NCBI GenBank assembly: GCA_963770895.1
Contig: CAVYRF010000002.1
Coordinates: 3,168,001 to 3,232,000 of the forward strand
Source of the DNA: an uncultured Acidobacteriota bacterium
GTDB lineage: Bacteria; Acidobacteriota; Thermoanaerobaculia; Multivoradales; UBA5704
Length of the DNA: 64,000 nt
Reading direction: 5' to 3'
Position numbers and translations under genes: made by a program. The notes beneath the pieces are model-generated. The model was given only the letters and a program-made list of their open reading frames with translations. It searched no databases and was not told the DNA's origin. This document shows, piece by piece, positions 1 through 8,087 of the stretch (position 1 is the stretch's first letter; every line of letters begins with the position of its first letter).

Positions 1-60
1 CAGCAGTTCGCAGCGTACGTCGCCGAGGCATCCGCGCTCCTGTCAGGCGCGCCGCCGTAG
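1..60 (+). CDS. Possible 3' end of an upstream CDS (partial)
   Basis: Frame 1 reads QQFAAYVAEASALLSGAPP* with GC-rich codons and ends in TAG at 58-60. Too short to identify. Confidence 0.3.
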   Translation, partial: QQFAAYVAEASALLSGAPP

Positions 61-173
61 GCTGAATCGTCGAAGCCGCGTGCAGCTGCGACAGGTCGAC
101 GCCCTGTCCTGAAGATGGCGCGCAGCGGCTACAATGCGGTGATCTGGATGGCCACCGTTTTTCCGCGGGAGGC

Positions 174-1652
174 GTGATGACGGCGAAGCGTGGTGCGGGG
201 CAGGGGAGTGAGCGCGTGTCGCCCGCCGCTGACGCGGGCTTGGCGCTGCGTGATGGAGCTGGTTTGCCGCCGGCGGCGCCGGTGCCGCTGGCGTGCATCC
301 TGCTGGCGGCCGCCGTTGCGGCTTTGGGTGGTCTGAAACCGGCGGCGGCGCAGTCCGTGGCTGAGCCGGCGCCGGTGGTTGCCAAGGCGGCGACGCAGGC
401 GCCAGCCTGGGAGCCGCCGTCCGCGGCGCTGATCGAGCGGGCGCGGACGTTGCTTCGCCAGACGCCGGTCATCGATGGGCACAACGACCTGCCTTGGGAG
501 CTGCGCCAGCGGTTCCACGACCAGCTGGGCAAGATCGATCTACGGCGGGACGCCAGCGGCTTGCAGCCGCCGCTGCAGACCGATATCCAGCGGTTGCGGC
601 GTGGCGGTGTGGGCGGCCAGTTCTGGTCGGTGTACGTGCCGGTCGAACTGACGGGAGCGGCGGCGGTGCAGGCGGTGTTCGAGCAGATCGACGTGGTGCA
701 CCGCCTGGCCGAGCTGTATCCGGACACCTTCGAGCTGGCCTGGACCGCCGGCGACGTGGTGCGGGTTCAGCGCGCGGGGCGGATCGCGTCGCTGATCGGG
801 GTCGAGGGCGGCCATTCGATCGGCAATTCGCTCGGCGTCTTGCGCGAGCTGTACAGGGCCGGCGCGCGCTACATGACGCTGACCCATGAGCGCAACACGG
901 ATTGGGCCGATTCGGCGACCAACGAGCCGCATCATGACGGGCTGACGCGCTTCGGCCGCGAGGTGGTTGCCGAGATGAACCGGCTCGGCATGCTGGTGGA
1001 CCTGTCGCACGTGGGTCCGGCAACCATGCGCGCGGCGATCGCGGTTTCGGCGGCGCCGGTGATCTTTTCCCACTCTTCGACGCGCGCCCTGGACGGCCAT
1101 CCCCGCAACGTGCCGGACGACGTGCTGGCGTCCCTGGCGCAGAAGGACGGCGTGGTGATGGTCACCTTCGTCGGCGTGTTCACCTCCGAGGCAACCCGCG
1201 CCTACGCCGCGCAGCACAGCGGCGAAGAGGCACGGCTCAAGGCTCTCTATCCCGAAGATCCGGCGCGCGTCCAGCGGGAGCTCGCCGCGTGGAGCGCCGC
1301 GCATCCCGGGCCGCATGCCACGCTGGCCCAGGTTGCCGACCACATCGATCACGTCCGCAAGCTGGCAGGCATCGACCACATCGGCCTGGGCTCGGACTTT
1401 GACGGCACCACGTCGCTACCCGACGACCTGCGCGACGTGGCGCAGTACCCCGTTCTGCTGGCGGAGCTGCTGCGCCGCGGCTACTCCGACGAAGACGTCC
1501 AAAAGGTGGCCGGCGCCAACATCCTGCGGGTCCTCCGCCAGGCGGAAATCGTCGCGGCTCGCCTTCGCCAGCAACGCCCGCCGTCCGACGCCCGCATCGA
1601 AGACCTGGACGCCGCCCCGGCCGCACCGCCCGCCACCGGTCGACATCGCTAG
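174..1652 (+). CDS. Membrane/renal-type dipeptidase (peptidase M19), probably secreted; true start may be later
   Basis: Motifs [52 protein letters not shown]; hydrophobic signal-like segment near the N-terminus. Confidence 0.92.
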   Translation: MMTAKRGAGQGSERVSPAADAGLALRDGAGLPPAAPVPLACILLAAAVAALGGLKPAAAQSVAEPAPVVAKAATQAPAWEPPSAALIERARTLLRQTPVIDGHNDLPWELRQRFHDQLGKIDLRRDASGLQPPLQTDIQRLRRGGVGGQFWSVYVPVELTGAAAVQAVFEQIDVVHRLAELYPDTFELAWTAGDVVRVQRAGRIASLIGVEGGHSIGNSLGVLRELYRAGARYMTLTHERNTDWADSATNEPHHDGLTRFGREVVAEMNRLGMLVDLSHVGPATMRAAIAVSAAPVIFSHSSTRALDGHPRNVPDDVLASLAQKDGVVMVTFVGVFTSEATRAYAAQHSGEEARLKALYPEDPARVQRELAAWSAAHPGPHATLAQVADHIDHVRKLAGIDHIGLGSDFDGTTSLPDDLRDVAQYPVLLAELLRRGYSDEDVQKVAGANILRVLRQAEIVAARLRQQRPPSDARIEDLDAAPAAPPATGRHR

Positions 1653-1735
1653 GCTGGCTGCTTCCTGCACACTCGTTGGCCGCAGGGAACCGGCCATTTC
1701 CGGTTCCGCGGCACGGTCGTGTGAAATGGGAGCAG

Positions 1736-3271
1736 CTAGCTGCAGGCGCCGCCGAGATGGGCGGCGAGGGCGGCGCAGGCGTCGATCTGGTCGATGGGAG
1801 TGGGGGGGCGGCTGCCGCCTGTGGTGGAGGCGACGGCCGTGTGGGAGGCGGTGGGAGTTGCGGAGGCGGCGGGTATGGGATGCCCGGTGCGGTGAAAGAG
1901 GGCGGCGATCTGACTGGCCGTCAGGCTGGGGGTGCGCTGCAGCAGCAGGGCGACGACGCCGGAAACCTGGGCGGCGGCAAAGGAGCTGCCCGAAAAGAAG
2001 TCGTAGTGACCGTGCGGCACGGTGGTCAGGATGTCGACGCCGGGAGCCGCCAGCGTGCCGGCGGCCAGGCGGCGGGCGGGGAAGCGCAGGCCGCCCTGCA
2101 GGTCGTCGCTGCCGGCGACGGCCAGGACGCCGGGCTCCGAGGCTGGAAACGAGCGCTCGACGTCCGGACCGTCGGCGGCCACCACGACGATGCCGCGCCG
2201 CAGGGCGGCGGCGATCAGCTTGGCCAGCAGCGGATCGGGCGGCCCGGCCAGGCTGAAGTTGAGCACCTGTGCCCCCTGCAGGATGGCGAAGTCGACGGCT
2301 TTGGCCAAGGTATAGCTGTCGCAGACCGCTTCGCGCGCACCGGGCCGCTCCTGCCAGCAGGCCTTGAGCGCAAAGACCTGGGCGTCCGGCGCCACCCCGA
2401 CCAGGCCGATCTCGGAATTGAGGGCGGCGGCGATCACCCCGGCGACGGCGGTGCCGTGGATGTCGCTGTTGAATTCGAGGTCGCGATGGCCGGGGCGGTC
2501 GACGAAATCGCCGACCTTGGCGATCCGGCCGCGCAGATCGGGATGGTCGACGTCCATGCCGGTGTCGATGACCGCCACGCGGACGCCCTTGCCGGTCGCC
2601 CAATGGTGGGCCTGCGCCAGGCGCAGGGCCTGGGCGCTGTGCTGAAGCGGCACCGGAGTGGAGGTGAAATGCGCATCCTGGGTGGAGAAGCGCTGAACCG
2701 GTTGCGCCAGCTCGACGCGCGGGTCGGCGGCCAGCCGGCGCAGCAAGCTGCTGACCGAACGATCGCCGGACGAGGCCTCGAAGACGATGCAGCGCTCGCC
2801 CACCGATTGCATCGACCAGGCAAAGACGGTGCGCAGCCGGTAGGTGCGCTCCAGGTCGAGAGTGACCTGGTTCCAGATCGGCGGCGGCGCCGGCGCCAGG
2901 GTGACCATGACCCGCGGAAGGCCCTGGTCAGGCGCCGGGTCGTCCTGGACCTGTCCGTTCGGAGGCCGTCCACCGGCGCCACCGGCGCCGGCGGGCAGCG
3001 TGGCCGGAGATGCTGTGTCCAGCCGGTCGCTGGCCTGCGTGGCGCCGGCTGTGGGCACGGCGGTGGCGGTGGCGGCCGTGCCGAGAGTGCCGGCGGCCGC
3101 CGGGTTGGTCACGGCCGCCGGGTTGACCGGGTCGACCGCGGTCGCCGCTTTTCCGGCGGGACCGGCGGTGGTCATGCAGCCCAGCCAGATCGAGCACAGA
3201 AAAGCCGCCAGGGCGCCGGCAAGCAGCGCCCTGTGGCGGTCAGGGCGGGCAGGCTGGGTAGTGTGGGTCAT
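1736..3271 (-). CDS. S8 subtilisin-like serine peptidase with propeptide, secreted or lipoprotein
   Basis: Catalytic triad motifs VAVIDTG, HGTAVAG, SGSSFAA; oxyanion-region LNFSL; propeptide ending DPRVELAQP; N-terminal hydrophobic stretch ending WLGC. Confidence 0.92.
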   Translation of the reverse strand: MTHTTQPARPDRHRALLAGALAAFLCSIWLGCMTTAGPAGKAATAVDPVNPAAVTNPAAAGTLGTAATATAVPTAGATQASDRLDTASPATLPAGAGGAGGRPPNGQVQDDPAPDQGLPRVMVTLAPAPPPIWNQVTLDLERTYRLRTVFAWSMQSVGERCIVFEASSGDRSVSSLLRRLAADPRVELAQPVQRFSTQDAHFTSTPVPLQHSAQALRLAQAHHWATGKGVRVAVIDTGMDVDHPDLRGRIAKVGDFVDRPGHRDLEFNSDIHGTAVAGVIAAALNSEIGLVGVAPDAQVFALKACWQERPGAREAVCDSYTLAKAVDFAILQGAQVLNFSLAGPPDPLLAKLIAAALRRGIVVVAADGPDVERSFPASEPGVLAVAGSDDLQGGLRFPARRLAAGTLAAPGVDILTTVPHGHYDFFSGSSFAAAQVSGVVALLLQRTPSLTASQIAALFHRTGHPIPAASATPTASHTAVASTTGGSRPPTPIDQIDACAALAAHLGGACS

Positions 3272-3307
3272 GGTTGCCCTGCTTGGCGCGATGCCTTGGC
3301 GCCGTGC

Positions 3308-4438
3308 CTACGGATCTCCGCTTGGCGCCGCTCCAGCGGTCGCCCCGGCGACCGCCCCGCCGATCGGTTCTGCAGCTGCCCCGGCAATCGGTTCGGCGAA
3401 GCGCACGACCGGCTGCGCGTGCAGGAAAGCCAGGACGCATCCCAGGGTATCGCCCGGTCCCGCTGATTCCGCCGCTCCCGGCGCCCCCGTCGTTCCCAAC
3501 GACCCCAACGTTCCCGTCGATCCCATCGTGGGCACCTGTCCAGCGCCGCGAGGGGCGCGGCTGCCGGGGCTTGCGGAAGACGGAGCGGCGGCAACCTCCA
3601 GCGTATAGGTGCCGAGAGGCGACGGCCCGTCGGTCAACCGCCCGCGCACTTGCAGCAGTACGTCGCGGATCTGCCTTTCGGTCGCCGTTTCAGAGAATAC
3701 CACTCGAATCTGCTGCCGCGGTACCGTCGAAGCCGAGGATGCCGCCGCCGCGGGTGCCGAAAGGGTATGGAACAGCGGCTGCCGACCGGTGGCGGAGGCC
3801 TGCTGGGTGGCTGCGGCGGGCGTACCGGCTGCGGGCCGGCCTTCTCCGGGAGCTCCGGGGGTTCCAGGGACTCCGGATTTGCCGGGCAGCCGCAGCACCA
3901 GCGCCACGCCGAGCAGCAGCATCGCCGCCAGCTGGCCGACCAGGACCATGCGCACGGCGCGCGGTGTGGCCGCAAGCTGCGCCCGCCGCCACGCCGGACC
4001 GCGACGCACACGAGCCGCGCCGAAGGATTGGGAGGGGTCGGGGTCGGCCATGGGGTCCACATAGCCGTGCATGAAGTCGGCGCCGGTGCCGTCGTCGGCT
4101 GCCGCGGCGCCGAGCAGAGCCGGACGCGAACCCCGCGCCCGGCGTGAGGCACCGGCGGCAGGTGCGGTCGCGTAGGCCCCTTGCTCGCTCGCCTCGATGC
4201 GGGCCATCAGCCGCGCCAGCTGAATGGGATGCGGTGACGGCGCGTGATCCGGCTCGGCGCGCAGGGCGGCGCCGAAGCTCTGGCAGTGTTCCAGCTCGGC
4301 GCGGCAGCGTGCGCAGGCGCCGAGGTGCTCTTCGACGTCGCGCCGTTCGGCGGCTGCCAGCGAGCCGTTGGCATACCAGGGCAGCAGCAGCCAGACGCTG
4401 TCGTGCCGGTTTGGGTCGGTGTGGCTCGGATCGTTCAT
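3308..4438 (-). CDS. Zinc-binding (zf-HC2/ZAS) transmembrane anti-sigma factor with C-terminal extracytoplasmic domain
   Basis: H...LLPWYANGSL...EEHLGACARC (HxxxCxxC); TM helix VLVGQLAAMLLLGVALVL; ATG 4438 preceded by GAAGGAG. The frame is open up to 4645. Confidence 0.88.
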   Translation of the reverse strand: MNDPSHTDPNRHDSVWLLLPWYANGSLAAAERRDVEEHLGACARCRAELEHCQSFGAALRAEPDHAPSPHPIQLARLMARIEASEQGAYATAPAAGASRRARGSRPALLGAAAADDGTGADFMHGYVDPMADPDPSQSFGAARVRRGPAWRRAQLAATPRAVRMVLVGQLAAMLLLGVALVLRLPGKSGVPGTPGAPGEGRPAAGTPAAATQQASATGRQPLFHTLSAPAAAASSASTVPRQQIRVVFSETATERQIRDVLLQVRGRLTDGPSPLGTYTLEVAAAPSSASPGSRAPRGAGQVPTMGSTGTLGSLGTTGAPGAAESAGPGDTLGCVLAFLHAQPVVRFAEPIAGAAAEPIGGAVAGATAGAAPSGDP

Positions 4439-4567
4439 TGCGGCTCCTTCGACACGGTTGCCGTCATCTCCGCCTGCCCTGCGTACTGTGCCGTCGCCGG
4501 CGTTGCCAGGGTCGCCGGCGTTGGGGACGTCGCCGCGGATGCCTGCATCGCCGCCGTGGCTGCCGTC

Positions 4568-4606
4568 GCCGGCATTGCCGGCGTTGCCGGCATTACTGGC
4601 GTTGCC
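4568..4606. repeat. 9-bp imperfect tandem repeat (GCCGGC[A/G]TT-like x4)
   Basis: gccggcatt gccggcgtt gccggcatt actggcgtt; encodes GNA/SNA repeats in the anti-sigma frame. Confidence 0.7.
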
Positions 4607-4634
4607 GCGGGCGGAGATGCCGTGCGGATCGGAT

Positions 4635-5201
4635 TCATCCCACATGGCTGGACACGCCCATTTCGGGCAGCAGGTCGCGCAGCCGGCGCCGGGCGTGGAA
4701 CATGCGGGTCTTCACCGTGTTGACCGGGCACGCCATGATCTGAGCGATCTCCTGGTATGCCAGGCCGTAGTAATAGGTCAGCTCGACGACCGAACGCTGC
4801 TCGGGTGAAAGCGCGAGCAGCGCCCGGCCGAGTGTCGCCGCCAGCTCGCGGCGCACCAGCAACGTTTCGGGTTCATCGCTGTCGATGGGCTCGTTGACCG
4901 CGTTTTCGCGGTCTCCCGGCTGCTCGGGAGGCCGCCGCTGCCCCAGCGCCTTCATCGCCTTGTGGTAGGCGATGCCGAAGATCCAGGTCGAAGGCTGCGA
5001 CCTGCCGTCAAACGTCGCGGCCTTGGTCCAGATCACCAGCATCACGTCATTGAGCACTTCTTCGACCATTTCGGCGCGTCGCGTCAGCTTGAACAGGTAG
5101 GAGAAGAGCCGGCGGTAGTAGAGCGAGTAGAGCGCTTCGAAGGCCCGCCGGTCTTTCTGGGCGATCTGCCGCAGCAGAACGAGATCGTCATCGCGTCGCA
5201 T
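4635..5201 (-). CDS. ECF sigma-70 factor
   Basis: Region 2 AFEALY...EEVLNDVMLVIW...STWIFGIA; region 4 LSPEQR...YQEIAQIMACPVNTVKTRMFHARRRL; start reassigned to ATG 5201. Confidence 0.95.
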   Translation of the reverse strand: MRRDDDLVLLRQIAQKDRRAFEALYSLYYRRLFSYLFKLTRRAEMVEEVLNDVMLVIWTKAATFDGRSQPSTWIFGIAYHKAMKALGQRRPPEQPGDRENAVNEPIDSDEPETLLVRRELAATLGRALLALSPEQRSVVELTYYYGLAYQEIAQIMACPVNTVKTRMFHARRRLRDLLPEMGVSSHVG

Positions 5202-5209
5202 GGTTGCCC

Positions 5210-5239
5210 GTATGTGCCGCCCCGGCGCGCGAAGGTTCA
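5210..5239 (-). promoter_or_regulatory. Putative ECF promoter for the sigma operon: TGAACC-N18-ACATAC
   Basis: Near copy of the plus-strand motif at 5265; the -10 element ends 8 nt before ATG 5201. Confidence 0.65.
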
Positions 5240-5264
5240 AGTGTCGCGCCCCACGGTGCCGGCA

Positions 5265-5294
5265 TGAACCTTCCGCGCCGGCGACCGGACAGAC
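5265..5294 (+). promoter_or_regulatory. Putative ECF promoter for the cupredoxin operon: TGAACC-N18-ACAGAC
   Basis: TGAACCTTCCGCGCCGGCGACCGGACAGAC; AAC-containing -35 typical of ECF promoters. Confidence 0.65.
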
Positions 5295-5391
5295 CGGCGA
5301 CTTCGATCGTTGGACCGGCAGTCCGGCCGCCAGCCGCAGGGCGATGGGTCAGCTGCCAACCACGGACTATTTCAGAACCCGGAGGCATGCG

Positions 5392-5805
5392 ATGTTCAGA
5401 TCTCGTTGGGGATTGGTAGCGGCGGTGGCGGGGCTGCTGTTGAACGCTTGCGGTGGCAGCCACGGCGGTTCCACGCCGGCCGAGCCGGCTCCGCCGTCGA
5501 CGACCAAGACGGTGGTGATCCAGATAATGGACGACTCCTTCAGTCCCAAGGACGTGACCATCAATCCCGGCGACACCGTGCAGTGGGTGCTGACCGGTGC
5601 CACCCTGACCCACACGGTGACCGCCGACAACGGCGCGTTCGATTCGGGCTCCATTTTCACTCACCAGGGCGCCACCTATCAGCAGACCTTCAACACCGCC
5701 GGCGTCACCGTCAACTACCACTGCAAGGTCCACCAGGTCTGCTGCGGCATGCAGGGAGCCATAAAGGTCGGTTCCAACGCCCCGGCGCCGGCGCCTGGCT
5801 ACTGA
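5392..5805 (+). CDS. Cupredoxin (plastocyanin/azurin-like) lipoprotein
   Basis: Lipobox LLNAC; FSPKDVTINPGDTVQW, HTVT, YHCKVHQVCCGMQGAI (type-1 Cu ligands H, C, H, M); GGAGG RBS before ATG 5392. Confidence 0.9.
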   Translation: MFRSRWGLVAAVAGLLLNACGGSHGGSTPAEPAPPSTTKTVVIQIMDDSFSPKDVTINPGDTVQWVLTGATLTHTVTADNGAFDSGSIFTHQGATYQQTFNTAGVTVNYHCKVHQVCCGMQGAIKVGSNAPAPAPGY

Positions 5806-5829
5806 CGTGAGCCTACGCGCCTCGGCGGC

Positions 5830-5859
5830 TGAAAAGCGAGCTGTGCCTTGCACGCAGAC
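5830..5859 (+). promoter_or_regulatory. Possible third, degenerate ECF promoter: TGAAAA-N18-GCAGAC
   Basis: Same 18-nt spacing as the two motifs above; lies 23 nt before the cytochrome ATG. Confidence 0.35.
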
Positions 5860-5882
5860 TACTTGACGACGGAGCTTGACCG

Positions 5883-6326
5883 ATGCGGAACAGGGCTGCG
5901 GCCGCGCTTGCACTTGGATTGACGGGGCTGGCCGCCGCGGGGTGCGGCGGCAAGCTCCGGTCGCCGACCGACGTGGGACCGGTGGCGCCGGGCGCGACCG
6001 CCCTGACGTTCACCCAGATCCAGAGCCAGATCTTCACCCCCAACTGCGCCAAGGCAGGTTGCCACAGCGCATCGTCGGCAAGCGAAGGCCTGGTGTTGGC
6101 TCCAGGCCTCGCCTATGCCTCGATCGTCGGCGTCCGCTCTGTCGAGCAGCCGCAGCTCGATCGGGTCAAGCCGGGCGAGCCCGACGCCAGCTATCTGCTG
6201 GAGAAGGTGCGGGGTGACTCCACTATCACCGGTGCCCGCATGCCGCTCGACGGGCCGCCCTACCTGACGCCGCAGCAAATCGGCGGGCTGACCGCCTGGA
6301 TTCAGGCGGGCGCCCCCAACAACTGA
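5883..6326 (+). CDS. Monoheme c-type cytochrome lipoprotein with CX4CH motif
   Basis: Lipobox LAAAGC; IFTPNCAKAGCH; RVKPGEPDASYL; RMP (distal Met); C-terminal WIQAGAPNN. Confidence 0.82.
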   Translation: MRNRAAAALALGLTGLAAAGCGGKLRSPTDVGPVAPGATALTFTQIQSQIFTPNCAKAGCHSASSASEGLVLAPGLAYASIVGVRSVEQPQLDRVKPGEPDASYLLEKVRGDSTITGARMPLDGPPYLTPQQIGGLTAWIQAGAPNN

Positions 6327-6346
6327 GCCGCTGGCTTGCCAGCGAG

Positions 6347-7438
6347 ATGGGAGCTCTGGCCGTGCCGCGTCCGTTTCCGACCCGTCTGCAAACCTCGCAG
6401 CCCGCTGCGCCGTGCTCTGCGGCACGGCGGCACCGCGCCGGCGCCGTCCTGCTGGCCGGCGCCTGCGCCGTGATCTTCCTTGCCGGACCAGCCCAATCCC
6501 AGGCGCCGCCGCCGCCGTCCCCGGCCGAGCCGCCCGGCGCGTCGTCGCCAACGGCCCAATCCGGCGGGCCGGCGACCGCGCCTCCCAGTGAGGCGGCGCC
6601 GGCAGGATCGGCGGACTCAGCGGCAGGTGCCCCGCCGGCGAGTGCGGCGCCGGCGGCGCCCTCGCCGGCGAAGGGGGACGACTACCTGGTGCAGGCGCCG
6701 GCGCCGCTGGAGCGCGATCCGGTGGGCACGCGGCTGATCGATATTGCGACGCCGTACACGGTGGGTGAGCACTGGCTGGAACTGCTGGTAACCCATCGCT
6801 TCATCCAGCCGGTCAACCAGGGAGGCAGCGCGCACAACCTGTGGGGGCTCGACAGCGGCGCCGAGGTGGGCATCGGCTTCACCTACGGGCTGTTCCGCCA
6901 GGTCGACCTGTCGGTCTATCGCGGGGAATTCCAGGAAGACTACGAGCTGGCGGCCAAGTACCAGCTGCTGCAACAGGGGGCGCACATGCCGCTCTCGCTG
7001 GCGGTGCGGGCAGGTGCCGACATGCTCGGGCGTCCGGGCGTCGTGGACCCGCATCGGCCTTTCGCCCAGCTGCTGCTCGGGCGGCGCCTGGCGCCCGGCT
7101 GGAACGTCTTCGTGTCGCCGTCTTTCGTGCATGCCACGCCGCTGCTGCGCGACGCCTACAACGTGCCGGTGGGAGTGACGGCGCCGCTGCCCGGCCACTG
7201 GCTGATCGAAGCCGAGGGGATCCCGGCCAACCAGGCGTTGCACGCTACCCCCGGCGCCAGCCAGTTCGCGTGGCACGTCGCCTTCACCAAGCCGCTGGGC
7301 TGGCATCTCTTCCAGATTCTGATCGGCAACTCGCGCGCCACCAACGTAGATCAGATCCTGGGCGGCGACTTCGCCGGCGGCTTTGCCGAGCGCGACCTGC
7401 GGCTGGGCTTCAACCTGGTGCGCTACTTCGACCTGTGA
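6347..7438 (+). CDS. Outer-membrane beta-barrel protein, DUF5777-like
   Basis: Signal peptide, Pro/Ala linker, VTHRF...LWGLDSGA, HLFQILIGNS, C-terminal LGFNLVRYF. Confidence 0.75.
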   Translation: MGALAVPRPFPTRLQTSQPAAPCSAARRHRAGAVLLAGACAVIFLAGPAQSQAPPPPSPAEPPGASSPTAQSGGPATAPPSEAAPAGSADSAAGAPPASAAPAAPSPAKGDDYLVQAPAPLERDPVGTRLIDIATPYTVGEHWLELLVTHRFIQPVNQGGSAHNLWGLDSGAEVGIGFTYGLFRQVDLSVYRGEFQEDYELAAKYQLLQQGAHMPLSLAVRAGADMLGRPGVVDPHRPFAQLLLGRRLAPGWNVFVSPSFVHATPLLRDAYNVPVGVTAPLPGHWLIEAEGIPANQALHATPGASQFAWHVAFTKPLGWHLFQILIGNSRATNVDQILGGDFAGGFAERDLRLGFNLVRYFDL

Positions 7439-7457
7439 GCTGGGCGGCGGCGACGGT

Positions 7458-8087
7458 TCAGTAGCCGCGGCGCCGGCGCCGCCGCGCCAGGGAGCGCCGG
7501 GCGGCGAGGCCGCCGGCCAGCAGCGTGACGCCAACGACGCCGGCCGCCATCGCCAGCCCTTGCCGGCGGCGGCGTGCGGCATCCAGCTCGTGCGGCGGCA
7601 CCGGTGCCAGATCGACCGCGCCGCCGTCTCCGGCAGCGCCGCCGTCTCCGGCAGTGGGGGCGCCGTCGCCGCCAGCGCGTCGCACCAGTGCCGGTGGCGG
7701 CCCGAACAGGAAGTGGTTGGCGCGGGACAGCTGCGGCCGGTGGTTGGCGATCCAGCGGTAGCCCCATTCGCTGACCGGGCGGGCGCCGGGGAGGCGCTCG
7801 TACAGTTGCAGGAGCTTGCCGTAGTGCGACGGCTGCGGCGCCATGGCCAGCGAGCGGAACACCGCTTCGGCGCCCTGGTAGACCGTGCCGTCGGGCAGGA
7901 TCAGGTGGAGCGCGTGGCGGAAGCGGCTGCGCGGGATGGTGGGGAAGCGCGCCGCGGCCGTCTGAAAAGGCTCGTAGGCGATGCGGTCTCCCAGCCGACG
8001 GCGCCAGCGCGCCACCCAGGTGCGGCAAAAGCCGCAATCGGCGTCAAAGACGAGCAGCGGTTCCGGCGGCGGGTTGGGGATCTTCAT
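7458..8087 (-). CDS. DCC1-like thiol-disulfide oxidoreductase (DUF393) with C-terminal membrane anchor
   Basis: FDADCGFC (DxxCxxC), GAEAV, YRWIANHR; ATGA overlap with the upstream stop at 8084-8087. Confidence 0.88.
   Translation of the reverse strand: MKIPNPPPEPLLVFDADCGFCRTWVARWRRRLGDRIAYEPFQTAAARFPTIPRSRFRHALHLILPDGTVYQGAEAVFRSLAMAPQPSHYGKLLQLYERLPGARPVSEWGYRWIANHRPQLSRANHFLFGPPPALVRRAGGDGAPTAGDGGAAGDGGAVDLAPVPPHELDAARRRRQGLAMAAGVVGVTLLAGGLAARRSLARRRRRRGY
7619..7654. repeat. 18-bp tandem duplication CGCCGCCGTCTCCGGCAG x2
   Basis: Exact duplication, in frame (AGDGGA x2) within a linker. Confidence 0.8.
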
